From assembly GCA_965285935.1 (NCBI GenBank), contig OZ260663.1, positions 26,598,001-26,662,000 of the forward strand: a DNA stretch of 64,000 nt, read 5' to 3'. Source of the stretch: Ophelia neglecta. Taxonomy: Eukaryota. Shown here piece by piece: positions 11,190 to 23,725 of the stretch. The notes under the pieces are model-generated. The model saw only the letters and a list, made by a program, of their open reading frames with translations, ran no database searches and was not told the DNA's origin. Numbering within the stretch: position 1 is the stretch's first letter; the number at the start of each line of letters is the position of its first letter. A program made the translations under genes and the position numbers.

Positions 11190-14108
11190 TTTTATTATAG
11201 TTTGGACATGTAAGGATTCTAAATCCACGTTTTGAGGGTCAACTATCCCCATAGAGCTATGCCGGAAGTTGCCACTTGTTCCGAGGCATGGAAAATTCAA
11301 ATATGTTCGGCCATTATCAGAAAGTCTATTTTTCACCATATCTTACCAATTATTACAGATTGCGGAAACACTATCTGTAAAGACCCATGTTTTGAGGGTA
11401 AAAAGACCTGGATAAAACTATGCTTGTAGTTACCACACATCCCTTTTCATTCCAGATAAACAGTTTTTGTACACATGGACATTAAGCCTTCATTTCCAAA
11501 CGAATACATGACGGGAGCACAGACCTAGCAACCAAAACACTCTCCTCCTACAAGTATCCTTCATGTACTAGCCATGATCAAGGCAAAAACACAGCAGCTC
11601 CATCCGGGTAAGGCGTCTCCACCAATCACATGTCTCCACATTGTTTGCAACCAGTTCTGCCTAGAACCCGAAAACTCTTGCTGATGACCTGATAGAGGTG
11701 GCTGCCACCTTCATTGTTTTCAGCATTTTACTGACAACCTTGAATCCCCATGGTCTAAGAGATATTTACAAAACCAGAACCCGATGAATTGTCATCGGCT
11801 GGTTCGCCTGGACCTATCTTCCGACTGGAGTGCATTTTTTTGTGATAAATTAAAGTAGAGATCAAGGATGGTGGCCATCTGAACAAGTTGAATACCTCTT
11901 GTCTTATAGACGAATAAAAGGCCGACAAAATGTGTCTAGTACGAATTCAGCGCCAAGTGAAAAACAAAGACATTATTGCTTTGCAAGAGGAAACCCCATC
12001 ACGCATCATGTTTGAAATCCTCCCGCATAGCGTTGGCCAACACGAGCGTGGGCTTCGTAGAGCTGAAGGACCAAACGATACCGAGCATGCTCGCAGATCA
12101 GCCGTCAATGACGAACTGATGCTCATTCAATCTCATGTCGTCCAGCAGAATAAGGCGCTGTGGCTATCTTACTTTGCCCATGCCCTGTCTGGTCGAATCC
12201 TTCCCAGCAAAAGTGCTCATCCGGCACCGGTGCCGGAGGGGACGGATGTAATTTCTTGGCGCAAAACGTGGAACAAAACGAAGTACGATAGACCCATTCT
12301 GTCGACAGCAGTTGACTTCCAACATCAATCTTCTGTAAAAAAATGACATCTGCCACACTCGGCACCGGAACTGAAACAAAATGAATACGATAATTCAAAC
12401 TGACAGGCTTATGAAACGCATATAGAATGATCCAATCAGGGACTTTGTCTTCATTTGCACGAGACAAGTCGAACGAGACAAAGCTGACGCCATTTCATTC
12501 TGGCTCGTGTACAGCGCAATTATCAACGTCTCTGATGTGTTCAGTTAATCTTACGTGTTCAGAAGGACAGACAAATAACTAGACGTCGCCGCTCTCTTTC
12601 TTTGTCAGACTATTTTTATGTTTGAGAGTCTCAATCCTTGCCTGTTTGTGACTTGTCGAAGCTTTTCGTATCTTAAGGCTCTCAAGCCCCGACTTGACCT
12701 CCCGCACCATGTTCAGAAAGACGTTAAACCTCTCCCTTCACAATTTTGTCGGATCGGTTGACACGTTGCCAAAGGATATGACCACAGCAGCTTCGAACCC
12801 TAAGCCGAAATCTTCGGAACAAGTGTCTGACGATCACACAGTAGCACTTTCTTTGATAACTTCCGTTTACCCTCCGACAGTGCATGGCACACGCCTTGCC
12901 CGATGGGAATTACCAGACCATTTATCTTTCTGCCCTTCTCTCTGAATGCCCCTTGAATCTTGTCACATAGAATAAGCTGCGAATTGTTATTGGACGGCAG
13001 GAAAGCTGATATATCAAGCGCATTCGAAAGGTGGATATTGGAGCCGAACACGAGTCAGAATGAAATGGCATCAGCTTTTGTCATGGATGACCTTGTTGAA
13101 CAAGACTTGTTCACTAAATAGACCACTTTGTAGAAATTCAGAAGTGTCTCTAATGGAGAGTTTGAATTCTCGTACCAATCATGTTTCAGTTCTTTGGCCT
13201 AGAGCAAATGCATGGAACTTGGAACAGGATGCGCTCCATCACCGAGATAAACACCTTCTCGTGGTCGGCTGAGGATATTATGTATGGTGCCTGGCCTCGC
13301 AAGAAAGGGGTCTTTGTTTTTCTTTTGACGATGGAGTTGTAACAATACTAGACACATTTCCGTGGCATGAGATTCTATTTCTCCCGTGTTTATTTTGTTA
13401 AAGTCGAAAAGTATTCAGCTCCCTCAATTATGAGATCACCTTCCTTGAAATCAACTAGAGTTTGTCACAGAAAATGCACTCCGGTCGGGAGCAGAAACGC
13501 CGAAGACAATTTTTCGAGCGGAGAGATGCAATTGCGAGGCTGATGTTGCTTTTGAATCTCCTGGACTATGCAGCTTGCCAGTAAAACGCTGCAAACATTG
13601 ATGGTGAGAGCCACACTTTCCAGGTGACCGGGGAGACTTGTCAAGATCCAGCCATACATTGAACGCTTTCGATGCAGGGAGTCATGTGGTTGGTGAAGAC
13701 GTCACTCCCAGATATTATAAAACTGCTGTTGTGTTTCTCTTGTGGTTCCTTAGATATCACTAAAGGATGTTAAACGATCCAGTCGAGACATGGTTAGTAC
13801 TTGAGAGATGCAGGTAAGCATAGAGTCTGGGAGGGTTGCATGGTCTTCGCTCCGGTCACTATTTTTTTTTTAGAAATGTGAACGACATGTTAATCATATT
13901 CGAAAAGTGCAAGTCTGTATTTTAAAGGGTCTAGGATGCATCAGAGTAAAGAACTTTCCCTGGTCCCCGAACCGTATATTTTGACTCTTTCTAACCTCTA
14001 ATACAGTGTACAGAACATTTGTGCAATAACCTGTACCATCATTAGATCCTATGTGGTATGCTACGTGACCATTTTTGACCCCCATGCACCTGTCCACTCC
14101 CTGGCCTA
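11190..14108 (+). mobile_element. Academ-like DNA transposon fossil (decayed transposase/XPG-like ORF)
   Basis: Collinear degenerate plus-strand peptides AMIKAKTQQLHPG, NKALWLS...HP, RPILSTAVDFQHQ, GRKADI, VSVLW and NCEAD follow the order of Academ-type motifs (HLNPGQ, NYARWL..HP, FSAIAxDQAHEQ, GxKSDL, VDIVWD, HEEAD). Right end is ...CCTGGCCTA. Many stops and frameshifts; left TIR not seen. Confidence 0.55.
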
Positions 14109-15393
14109 GCATCAGGAGTCACATCAAAGTTAGGAAAGTGTCTTGCACGTTGCTCATAATGTAATAGGTCTCCAATACCCCAAAGTTTCATGGTTATACG
14201 CATGGACATATTGGTGGGGTGGCAAGTTTCTCGCTGTCTTCGAAATGTGGGAATATTTTACGATATGCTGAAAAAATTTGTCGTGATAAATGGGCATGAT
14301 ATGCTGACAGTGTTTCTATTATTTACACGAAGGTACCTGATTCTTCTTCTTACATACATCAATATATGACAAACAGTTGATAGCTTACACTAAAGTGTTT
14401 AATAGGAATGTGAAGTAAATATTTAAATTTCCATAAGACACCATCACTGGCATGCTCTCGAGAAAGCGTCCCCTCACGTTACACCTATATGTCAAGAGTC
14501 ATACCCACAACTGTACCGTATAGAGTAACGTAATATATCAGGATATGGTTATCGCTTGATACACGGCGGGCTCCTATCTATCTCTTTACTAAATATCACC
14601 TTAACCATTGTTATGTGCATATTCACATCGATGAATTAATCTTAACGCTAAACCCGGTGACAAAAGAAAATAAATAGTTGATAGGGTTGATAGGGGGGGG
14701 GGGGTCACTACACCATCGGGCATCAGTATATTTATGTTTCGCAGAAAAGAAAATATCGTCCAGACTTCTAAAATAATCCTCCCCCTTTATTTGTTTACAT
14801 ATATTTATTCATTTATTGTATCCTGTAAGACAGCCTCGAGCATTTCGCCAATATTTGTCCTGTCACGTGTTCGTTTAACCCTTTAAAGCTGCGCTGGCGG
14901 GCCTTTGCCGCGGCGGTAAAACGAAGGGTTTTTTTAATCTTAATTCTATATTAAGGATCCTTATTCTTATTACAATGAAATAACTTCTTCTGGGTACCGT
15001 CAAATTACCATTGATTTAATCCTACTCACGGTAACAGTTACTCGAACTATCTCACTGGGCACTGCCGTAAGACGTAAGCCTCATTATGTAGAGTGTCTGA
15101 GTGCAATCACATTGGACTTTCAAACATACTTCTAAATATAAAACTTACTGAACGGCTGGAGAATCAACATTCGATCACCACTTGTAAAAAACTGATCCAC
15201 GTCACTTGTACCGGAGAGGAATTTTGGTTTATATTTAGGTAGCAAAGCGGTGCGCAGTACACCAACTTATGTTGGCGTGCCCCTTCGCTGCGACCGCAAT
15301 TGCCCTGGACTTTCGACTTTTCAAAAACCGTAACCAGTCTGACATTGTCTACACACACAGATTGGTCCGTGTCTCTATTGTGTACACAGTCAA

Positions 15394-15582
15394 TTGGGCT
15401 GCATGCCGGTATTGATACTAAGTGTATCCTCATTAACATTGAGGTATCAGCATCCGTATCGCTTAGAATTGAGTATTTTGATACTTATATACGATAATGT
15501 TTTATACAAAAGGGCTGAAATTAGAATCTATGGCATAGAATATCAGTATCTGTGTCAGTACCAATGTTTTTATGCAGCCCTA
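15394..15582. mobile_element. hAT-like MITE (~190 bp)
   Basis: Termini TTGGGCTGCA ... TGCAGCCCTA with repeated GATAC/GTATC subterminal motifs. TSD is eroded. Confidence 0.55.
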
Positions 15583-15993
15583 TAACAGTAGGGTACACTT
15601 ACTTGCACAAACCCAAATTCACTGTATACCGCCCATGAATATGTTAACAACTTCAACAATATCCTCGAAAGCGTCTTCTTTAAGGGCAGCTCTTAGCAAA
15701 CAGTAATAATCGTGTGTACATAGCTAACTTGAAGTAGCATTCAATTCATAATACGAGGGACATCAATTGATTTAATTACATACTTTAATCTCATGATTTT
15801 GATTCATGGCTCTCTCTGCACCTTTTTTGGTTTAAACTGAACCGCAACTTTTCTGGCATTAATAATGAATATTATAGCAAATATAATGTCCATCACTACC
15901 CTCCGTAAGGTGTGCAAATTTTATTCAGTTCTGATTAAGATGAAAATGTTTTATAATCATTTTAAATAAGTATATATTGTTCTGTTGATCTAG

Positions 15994-16173
15994 CTACACA
16001 GGGTGAACATACCCCAAGATGCTGAAGGCCGGAAAAAGGAGCGGCGGTCCATCGCCTTTTTTCTTCACCCAGATGACGACTGGCTCTTGACTTGTATGAA
16101 CAGTTCTGAGGTGCACTCTCCAATTAAATACAAGGATTTTTTAGATGCTAAGTTCAGTTCGAGCACAACCTAA
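15994..16173 (+). CDS. 2OG-Fe(II) dioxygenase last coding exon
   Basis: tag acceptor. Encodes LHRV (third Fe ligand) ... RRSIAFFLHPD (RxS 2OG-binding motif); TAA stop at 16171-16173. Confidence 0.92.
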   Translation, partial: LHRVNIPQDAEGRKKERRSIAFFLHPDDDWLLTCMNSSEVHSPIKYKDFLDAKFSSSTT

Positions 16174-16516
16174 TAGTGTGCTGTGACCGCATCTTTTATG
16201 GTTTCGCCTATGGGATCATTAGAAATTTCAATGATAACATAGCATATCTCTATTTATAATTTATTGTGTTAACATTACTGTGATATCTTTATTGAATTAT
16301 TGAATTGTTGAATTATTATATTGTTATTTTAATTTGTTTTACTTTTATTGTATCATTCTTGATTTGTTACCACATTGTAATACATACAGTAGCAGATATT
16401 ATAGATAGCAAGTTTTTATCTAATATTTCACGATTAGTATCTCGTTATCATATTGCATTTTAATGCGCTACTTCATTTTACTTAAGAATATATTTGTACA
16501 TTTATTTTATTATATA

Positions 16517-16570
16517 TGTGAAGTGCCTTTGAGCATTGGCCGGTGGAAACGTACCTAAACAAACGTTAAT
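16517..16570 (+). repeat. L2-type LINE/SINE 3' tail remnant in the oxygenase 3' region
   Basis: TGTGAAGTGCCTTTGAGCA...GGAAACGTACCTAAACAAA resembles the conserved L2 tail TGTAAAGCGCxTTGAG...AAAGCGCTATATAAAT. Confidence 0.45.
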
Positions 16571-17429
16571 GTATACCAACAACTCGATGTTTGGGGACCC
16601 TATGATTGATGTTCTCTGACGCATTTAGACAGATTAAATAGCAATAGTCATTATCTCAAAGTCAAAGGTGTGTTTGTTAAACGTAGATCCACTTCCTTTT
16701 TTATTTTATGATTATTATTGTAAGTTTAGTTAAAAAGATAATAATCCTGTCAACCTGCATATGTACACGTATGTCTTATTGCTGATTATATGTTAGTCCC
16801 TGTTACAACAAATGTATAGACATTTGTTCAACAAATGTATACACATCTTGTAGTGTATACTGGAGGTGCTTCTAATAGTATGTTAATATTTTATGTTAGT
16901 ATATATTTGTATAATTTATTTATATGTTTTCAAGACTGCTCATGTAATGGAGGCATACTAGTAGTATGCAAAGGCTATTCATTTATGATATTACTGTTTA
17001 TTATCTGTATACTGTTAATTTAAGTGACGGCAACGACCAATTATTAATTACCAACTGGATTGTGTATTTTTGTTACTAATAAAGCTACAAATAAATGAAA
17101 AATAAGAAATACCCATGTGAACACTCCAATACTTTAGGCTGTTAACATTTATTCTAGTGCTATGCTTCTAGTGCTATGCTTCTATGAGATTAACATTGAT
17201 ATCGTACTGTATAGTTATGATGATTTTAAACTACTGCCACAGTTATTTACTTTTTGATAACTACTATAATCGTTTGTCAATATGATAAACTTCCGTCTTT
17301 AACATTGTCCTACTACTCTTAGAAAATAATTCCCTATCAAAGCTTAAACCTATCCTCAACATGGCATTTCACCAAGGCTTTATATATTGATGAGACATAG
17401 TCGTGGATTAGGTGGAAGATTCGTTCTAA

Positions 17430-18560
17430 AGCCCCAGTCACACATGGCCGCGACCTTTGGCGAATCATTTACGAACCGCGATTCGCCGAAGTTCGTGAAG
17501 TGGTCTCGGACTGTCGTATTTTAGTCTTCTAACATTCTCCAAGGTTCGTTCAATGATCGCCATGCTTTACGATTTTTTTTGACTGCCAAAAAAATTCGCT
17601 AAATTATTTTTGTCGTAAGTTGTTCTCTAACGATTCCCAAATGTGTCTTAGGTGATCGCAAAAGAGTTGTAAATGGTTCTCTTGACGATCGTTTGCAACA
17701 GCTTTGCGAATTGTTAGCGAACCCAGTCCGACCAACTGGCAAACTTTAGCAACAAACTACGACATGTATGAGACAGCCATTACGATGCACAAACGACAAT
17801 TTGCAAACCACTGCGACCTTTTAGCGTGACGTAGAATCCTTTAGCGACCGTTTGAGACACCTTGCGTCTATATTACGACTATCGTCGACTTTTTCAAGGA
17901 CGGGTATATATATGGAGGTCCAGTGGTAAAGAAGATTCGTCCAGTTTATATATTGTTCATGTGAAGAGGGTTCAATTATGGCCAGAAGGAAACATTCGGA
18001 AGATAAAAATGAAGCATATCCTGGTCATCCCTCAGCAGCTGTTGCAGCTGTCTGAGTCTTCTCAGAGCCAGCAGCATGGTGACTGCCTCTCAGAATGAGG
18101 ATGATGGAATGTCTATTGCAAAACTTCATCCCTATATATACCCAAATCTGTTTAATTCGTAATCGTTCGCAATGAATCCCATCATAATCGCTTATTGTTG
18201 CAATTAATTGCAAATATGCCCCAATGTGTCTCAAATGCTCGTAAGTGATCGTGCATGCCGTCGCGTTTTGTTGTTAAGGTGTCGTACTAAATTCGTAATT
18301 AATCGCTAATATTCGCGCCTTAATCGTTAATGGGGTCGCTGACAATGCGCATACAATCGCTGTCTGTTGCAAAGTGTCGCAATGTTCGTAACATATTCCT
18401 GAAGTGAAATGGTTAAATTCGTGTAATTGTCTTTAATATGTCGTTAATTATTCTCAAAGAGGTTGCAAACGATTTTCAGTTTAGAAAGTTCGCCACGGTT
18501 CGCCACCAAAATCGATCGCAAATGGTTCGCCTTAATTCGCCACTATGTGTGACTGGGGCT
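17430..18560. mobile_element. PIF/Harbinger non-autonomous element (1131 bp)
   Basis: Perfect 16-bp TIRs AGCCCCAGTCACACAT / ATGTGTGACTGGGGCT, TAA target-site duplication (17427-17429 and 18561-18563), CGA/TCG-rich arms. Confidence 0.92.
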
Positions 18561-18999
18561 TAAGTTAACTCTTCTTTTGCTAATTTGTGTGATATCTTGG
18601 CAAATGATCTTTTTCATCTTTTTGGCAGATTCGTAAAAATCTCGTCTGCCTCTCGGTTTATACTCAATCTGATTCGCTAAAAAGGCACGAGTTACCTCCT
18701 TTTAGGAGAAAGTTTCTCGGAGGTTTTAATTGACCACTGGTAAGGAGTCACCTACATATCTCATATGAAATGAAAGTTTATATATATGACTTTCTTCTTT
18801 TATCAAAGATTCACAGGCTTTGAAGACTTTTTTACCAGTGCGCTAGATTTTAAAATAAATACGGTTAGGTATTCTCGACATTTGCTAGTTTAGAAAGAAC
18901 TACCTCGCATTATACATTATACTTAAATAACGTTTCGTGCTGGGCTTTAACCTCACCTAGCCTCGTTCCCAGTGTTGTTATCTTGATGACTTGAATAGT

Positions 19000-19400
19000 T
19001 TACATCTTTCACACGAGATATACCTTTACCATTTCGGCTTGCGGAATATCATGTAGGATTCTACATGTCAAGTAGGCGTACTATCAAAATGCCAGAAAAA
19101 AGGCTTATGTGACTGGTAAAGAATTGTCTTACTTTGAACGGGGACCAGCATCCCTGACGCTGAATGGTTATTCCCTTTTGTACGTCACCCAGGCCGCTAC
19201 GTAGATACCCACCTACTACTGCTCTTCGTCTCATTGAAACATTACTAGTTGTACCGAAAACGTATCTAGAGCGGGTGATCGATCTTGAGGATATTACGGC
19301 CGCAGACTCCTTACCTGCTCATGTAAGATCTGCGGAGGCGGTATATTTGTTCATAAACCTAAAACACACATGTGTCACGTCGCGTTTATAACCCGCTAGC
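19000..19400 (+). mobile_element. L2-type LINE 3' fragment (fossil)
   Basis: PRPLR...LLVVPKT...SLPAHVRSAEAVYLF..NLK matches the L2 ORF2 C-terminus PxRxLRS..LxVP..WNxLPxxIR..FKxxLKT. Confidence 0.6.
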
Positions 19401-22400
19401 GCTTTTGCAACTGGCATACTTCTCTGTGGTGATAAATATTCTATTACTGCAAAGTTTTGAGTTGAATGTAAATCAACTGTTAACGTTTTAAATTGAACAA
19501 ATCATTTATTTTAATTAAGCAATCCTTTTATCTTTATAATATTATTATTATTCCTATTTACCGTTAGTTTGTCCTCCCTAATTACAAGCCCTTCCTGCAA
19601 AGTTAATTTATCTGTGTCTACTGGGTATACCCCTCAACTTTCGCGTTGTTTTTCCACCGGTTTTGTGTTTTCGTGAAGTTTTCCCTGCTCAAAAGAAAAA
19701 TTTGGATTTACTTATTTCCTTCAGTCAAACTGTTACTTTCAGTGAATGACAGAAGGGCATCATCGCAATTCTAATGCAGTAAACTCTGCCCATAACGACC
19801 TCGACCCACTGATTAGAAGTGGTGGAAGGGTCACTCCATTTATTCCAAGATAAACAAAAAATTCAACAGCCCCCATTTTTATGTGTATCATGTTACCGAT
19901 ATTGATTTCAGATTTATGAAAAGCTCTTACTTAAATCGCAAATGGAATTGTTCTTACTCATGGCGTAAATTAGAACCCTTTGAACGCGATTGTGGAAACA
20001 CACGTTTTAAGAGATAATAGTCAGATGAAAAGGTTTATTTCAAAGTGTAAAAGGAAACCTTTCCCTATGCCTTGTCGTTTTACCTATGTTTTCTGTGGAA
20101 ATGCCTACTAGATTGTTTTTGATTGTGTTGTATAGTCCTTTTATTGCAGTTTTACTTATCACTCGAATCTATTGACATTATATGTAAACCATGGGAAATG
20201 CTTTACATAAAACAGTCTTGGACTATTGTATAAGGCTAAGTAAGCAAATTATGTTTGACAGGTTAGCATTGTTACATGTTAATGGACCTACCATGAATAT
20301 ATTGACAGAAACAATGCAAGACAACAGGTCATGGTAATGGAATATAGTGTACTAACTGCGTGCGCGTGATCTCGTTTTTCATTATCATTATATTTAACTT
20401 TGCCATAAACTGTGATATACGAAAGAAGTGTGCAAACCAAATTATTACAAGCTATTGTTTCTCAAGTGAGACACTTGTAATGCTGAGAACCACGCCTTAT
20501 AGCACTGTCTTTTATTGTAACCACAAGGTGCAAAAGCGAAAACATGGTATCAAATAAAAATCTTCATAAAAGTAAATGAATAAAAACAAACCATTTCCTT
20601 TGCCACAAGTATGCTGCTCGTTCACGTTCATTGGAGTGTGACTGTGGTGGAGAGTGGTTTGGTGGCAGTATTCCTCGTGCATTTGTCTACAATACCATAG
20701 ATTTGTTAACATCGCTAGATAGCCATCCTACCGGCATTTGTAATCGTTCGGAGAATTTCTGCGCGGGAGAGGTAAGTGCATTTGCTCTTCCTCTTAGGTA
20801 TTCTACTAGAGTACAAACATGATTGGTATATGTGGTTTATGCAGGAATCCCCTAATTTTCCCATTACTAAAACACTCTCGGCAACTCTATATTCATCACC
20901 AACAATATATATCTATAAACCTTTATAAACTCAAGCAAAGCTAATCGAATATGGTATTGATTTTATATTTCATTTGGTTTATTTCCATAATGCGAAATTC
21001 TTTGGGAGGCTAACCTTAACCATGTCTGTCTTGTTATCAGCGTATCGCAACTACTAACAATTATTGTTTGAGACATACCCTATTAACTCAAACGAGTGTT
21101 TGAACCATACATCTTTATCAATGAATACAAATTCCAAATCGGATTGAATAACACAAACTGAAATGATTCTTGTCAGTGTCAAATGAACATCATTACTTGA
21201 AAATGATGTCTACATTTCACCAGTGTGTGAAGCGCATATGAACTCATCATTAATAACATCAAATGCTACCAAAATCATATGCATTCAATAGCCTGTCATT
21301 GACTGTCACACGAATGTTTATGCTTTCTTGTAAAGTCAATTAAAATGCCCTTTTTTCAACTATTTTGTTCTCGTTATCGAAAGCACACAGGATACTTCTA
21401 TCTTTGCAACATTTTGTATTCTTATATATAGTAGCATTGAAACGTGTGCTAGCGATGTTAAACTCTATGAATGATTGGTTTATGTTTAGTATGCTGATTC
21501 AAGATAGCATTGTATTTATGACAACTAGAAATAAATACATGTGTGATATGAATATTTAATCAATTACTTTGTTACATTATGGCCTGAGCATCTGTAGGTA
21601 TGCATGCAGCTACTGATAATTGTTGCAAGTTCACCGCGATCCCGTACGTATGGATATACAAATAGTTTTACCTTTATAGAAAGTGCTTTGAAAGAGGTAT
21701 CAGAGTCGTCAATTGTCTATTATATTCCATAAACAAACAAACTATATACATTTTGCTACATTGCCAGTTTGTACAATAACTAACATCGCGACTTTTGTCA
21801 AAAACTAAATAGAATCTTCTAACTTGATGTTTAAGCGAAGACACCTTCTATGCATTCATTGTTTAAGGAACGTGTGCTTAACTTTAAATTTAAATAGAAA
21901 CTGTTCATGTTGTTTGCGTATCAAAGCACTATAAAGCTTTGATCGAAATGGGTTTAAACCTTAAATCAATAATAAATGTGCGTGGAAAGCATCCCCGAGA
22001 GTTTGACCCCGGGGCTGACCTTTAATGATCATACCCCGCGAATAAATTTCAAGACAACAGACGTCATTGATTTTGTTTGGTAAAGTCATCTTCAAATTAT
22101 TAAAATGTCAGACAAAAATATCAAACTGTGTCATGGCAACTGCCTCAAACCCCGCTTTTATTGTTTTGATCTCTTCTACAGCTTCTTAAACCGGTTAAAT
22201 AGTTGTAAATAGTTACTGTATTTCAGCAGAAATAGACATTTTCGTTCGAATCATAGAGGTCTAGCCTGTGCTTTACTATTACATGTGCCCCTTTAAATAA
22301 ATAGTAACACTTTAATGAATGGCAAACGTTAATTTGTATTTTCAAATGGCCACTCATGTATTAGCAATATCAATGTGCCATGCATTTAAATAAGATAACT

Positions 22401-23266
22401 CTCCTATGTTTATCCGAACGAAGTACCCTTTAGCGATGTTGACATGTATAAGCTTACATGGATTGTATGATTTTTAATTAATGATTTTGGCCTATACAGA
22501 GTGCACCAAAGGCATGTCCCTTTAAGTTGCTGGGCTTGTTAAAAACAAATGTCTTAGTTTAGAACGAATTTGTTTCGATGCTATTATTATAACATTTGAA
22601 ATTATTTAGGTTTTGTCAAAATCAGCACTGTCCCTGATCAAGCGTGATTTTTCCAACTTATCAGCTGCTTTGTAACAAACTTTGGCTCGTTGCACACGTG
22701 TTCTGTTAAGGAGGTTCAGGGCATCCTTCGACAGGATATCAGGATAGACTGGATATGCGTTACAAATGCATTATTACCTTCTATGAACACTTGGCTATCT
22801 ATATCGAAATCAGTTATAAATTCATTCAGAATCGGAAATATATAAAATGATATATACAAAAATGTTGGAACTTTTATATAGCTTTACAAGAGAAGGCATT
22901 TGTGTTTAGTTCTTATATTTTCAACGTACTTCCATTACCTGCCGATAAACATCTGAGGCTGATTTAACAGGTATTCGTGTACTTTTAGAATGTTCATGTA
23001 GCTTACATGGTAGAGTCGCACACATTAGACTAGTGGTAAAAGTGCGTTTGTTCAGTTCAATGGCTTCATACCCATATTATTTGATGTACCAGGCACAGTA
23101 ACATAGTTTGACACTAGTACTTACTAAATTGTTTTACGCTATGAGTGCAGACTGTACTCGGGTGCTGAATGTGATATGTACAAATGTCCAAACATCGAAT
23201 CGATAATGGAAATAAGCTGGCGAATTGACAATGTACATTTTTTTAAGCATCAGTCTAGAAATTGTG

Positions 23267-23725
23267 TTATTTCTTTGTGTTCGAATCCTGCGATTTCCCT
23301 GTTTTTGTACCATAGTTTTTGTCCGTTTTGGTTTCCATGGGGTAAAGGTTTACAAGCTCTGAAGGGTCCGGGTCGTCACCACAAATAGGAACGATATCTC
23401 CTTTATAAAACAAGTATGTTAACACGGCAGTTAATATAAAGGCTCCGATACCAACACACATCATCCCTATCATAATACAAATGTCCAAATTCCATATAAG
23501 TTTCTCATGTTCAATTGAAATAGCTTCCATTTCTCTAGCATCTTTGTGTGGATCGAAGGTGTAGTCTCTCGGATATAGATAACCAACCAATATGAGAATC
23601 ACACCAAGTCCCAAGGAGAGTAAACTCAGCAAGTTGATGAATTCTATGGGGTCCCGACTTGGGTCGTATCTTTCACAACAACTTATATTATCGTCCGGCA
23701 AGGTATTATTCTTTTCAGCCACCAT
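23267..23725 (-). CDS. TMEM74: TMEM74/neurensin-family two-TM membrane protein, 152 aa, single coding exon
   Basis: Two hydrophobic helices flank GYLYPRDYTFDPHKDAREMEAISIEHEKLIWNLDICIMIG, similar to TMEM74 SYxVPRExxVDP..AREMERLE...LDRCVIAG. aacATGG start at 23725. A splice acceptor (tctcttttag) 21 nt upstream starts the exon at 23746; the upstream exon was not identified. Confidence 0.85.
   Translation of the reverse strand: MVAEKNNTLPDDNISCCERYDPSRDPIEFINLLSLLSLGLGVILILVGYLYPRDYTFDPHKDAREMEAISIEHEKLIWNLDICIMIGMMCVGIGAFILTAVLTYLFYKGDIVPICGDDPDPSELVNLYPMETKTDKNYGTKTGKSQDSNTKK

Noticed and set aside
21690-22515. Kolobok-like right ends (..GTGCCCCTTTAA, ..GTCCCTTTAA)
   Set aside because: Matching left termini were not found, so boundaries cannot be supported.
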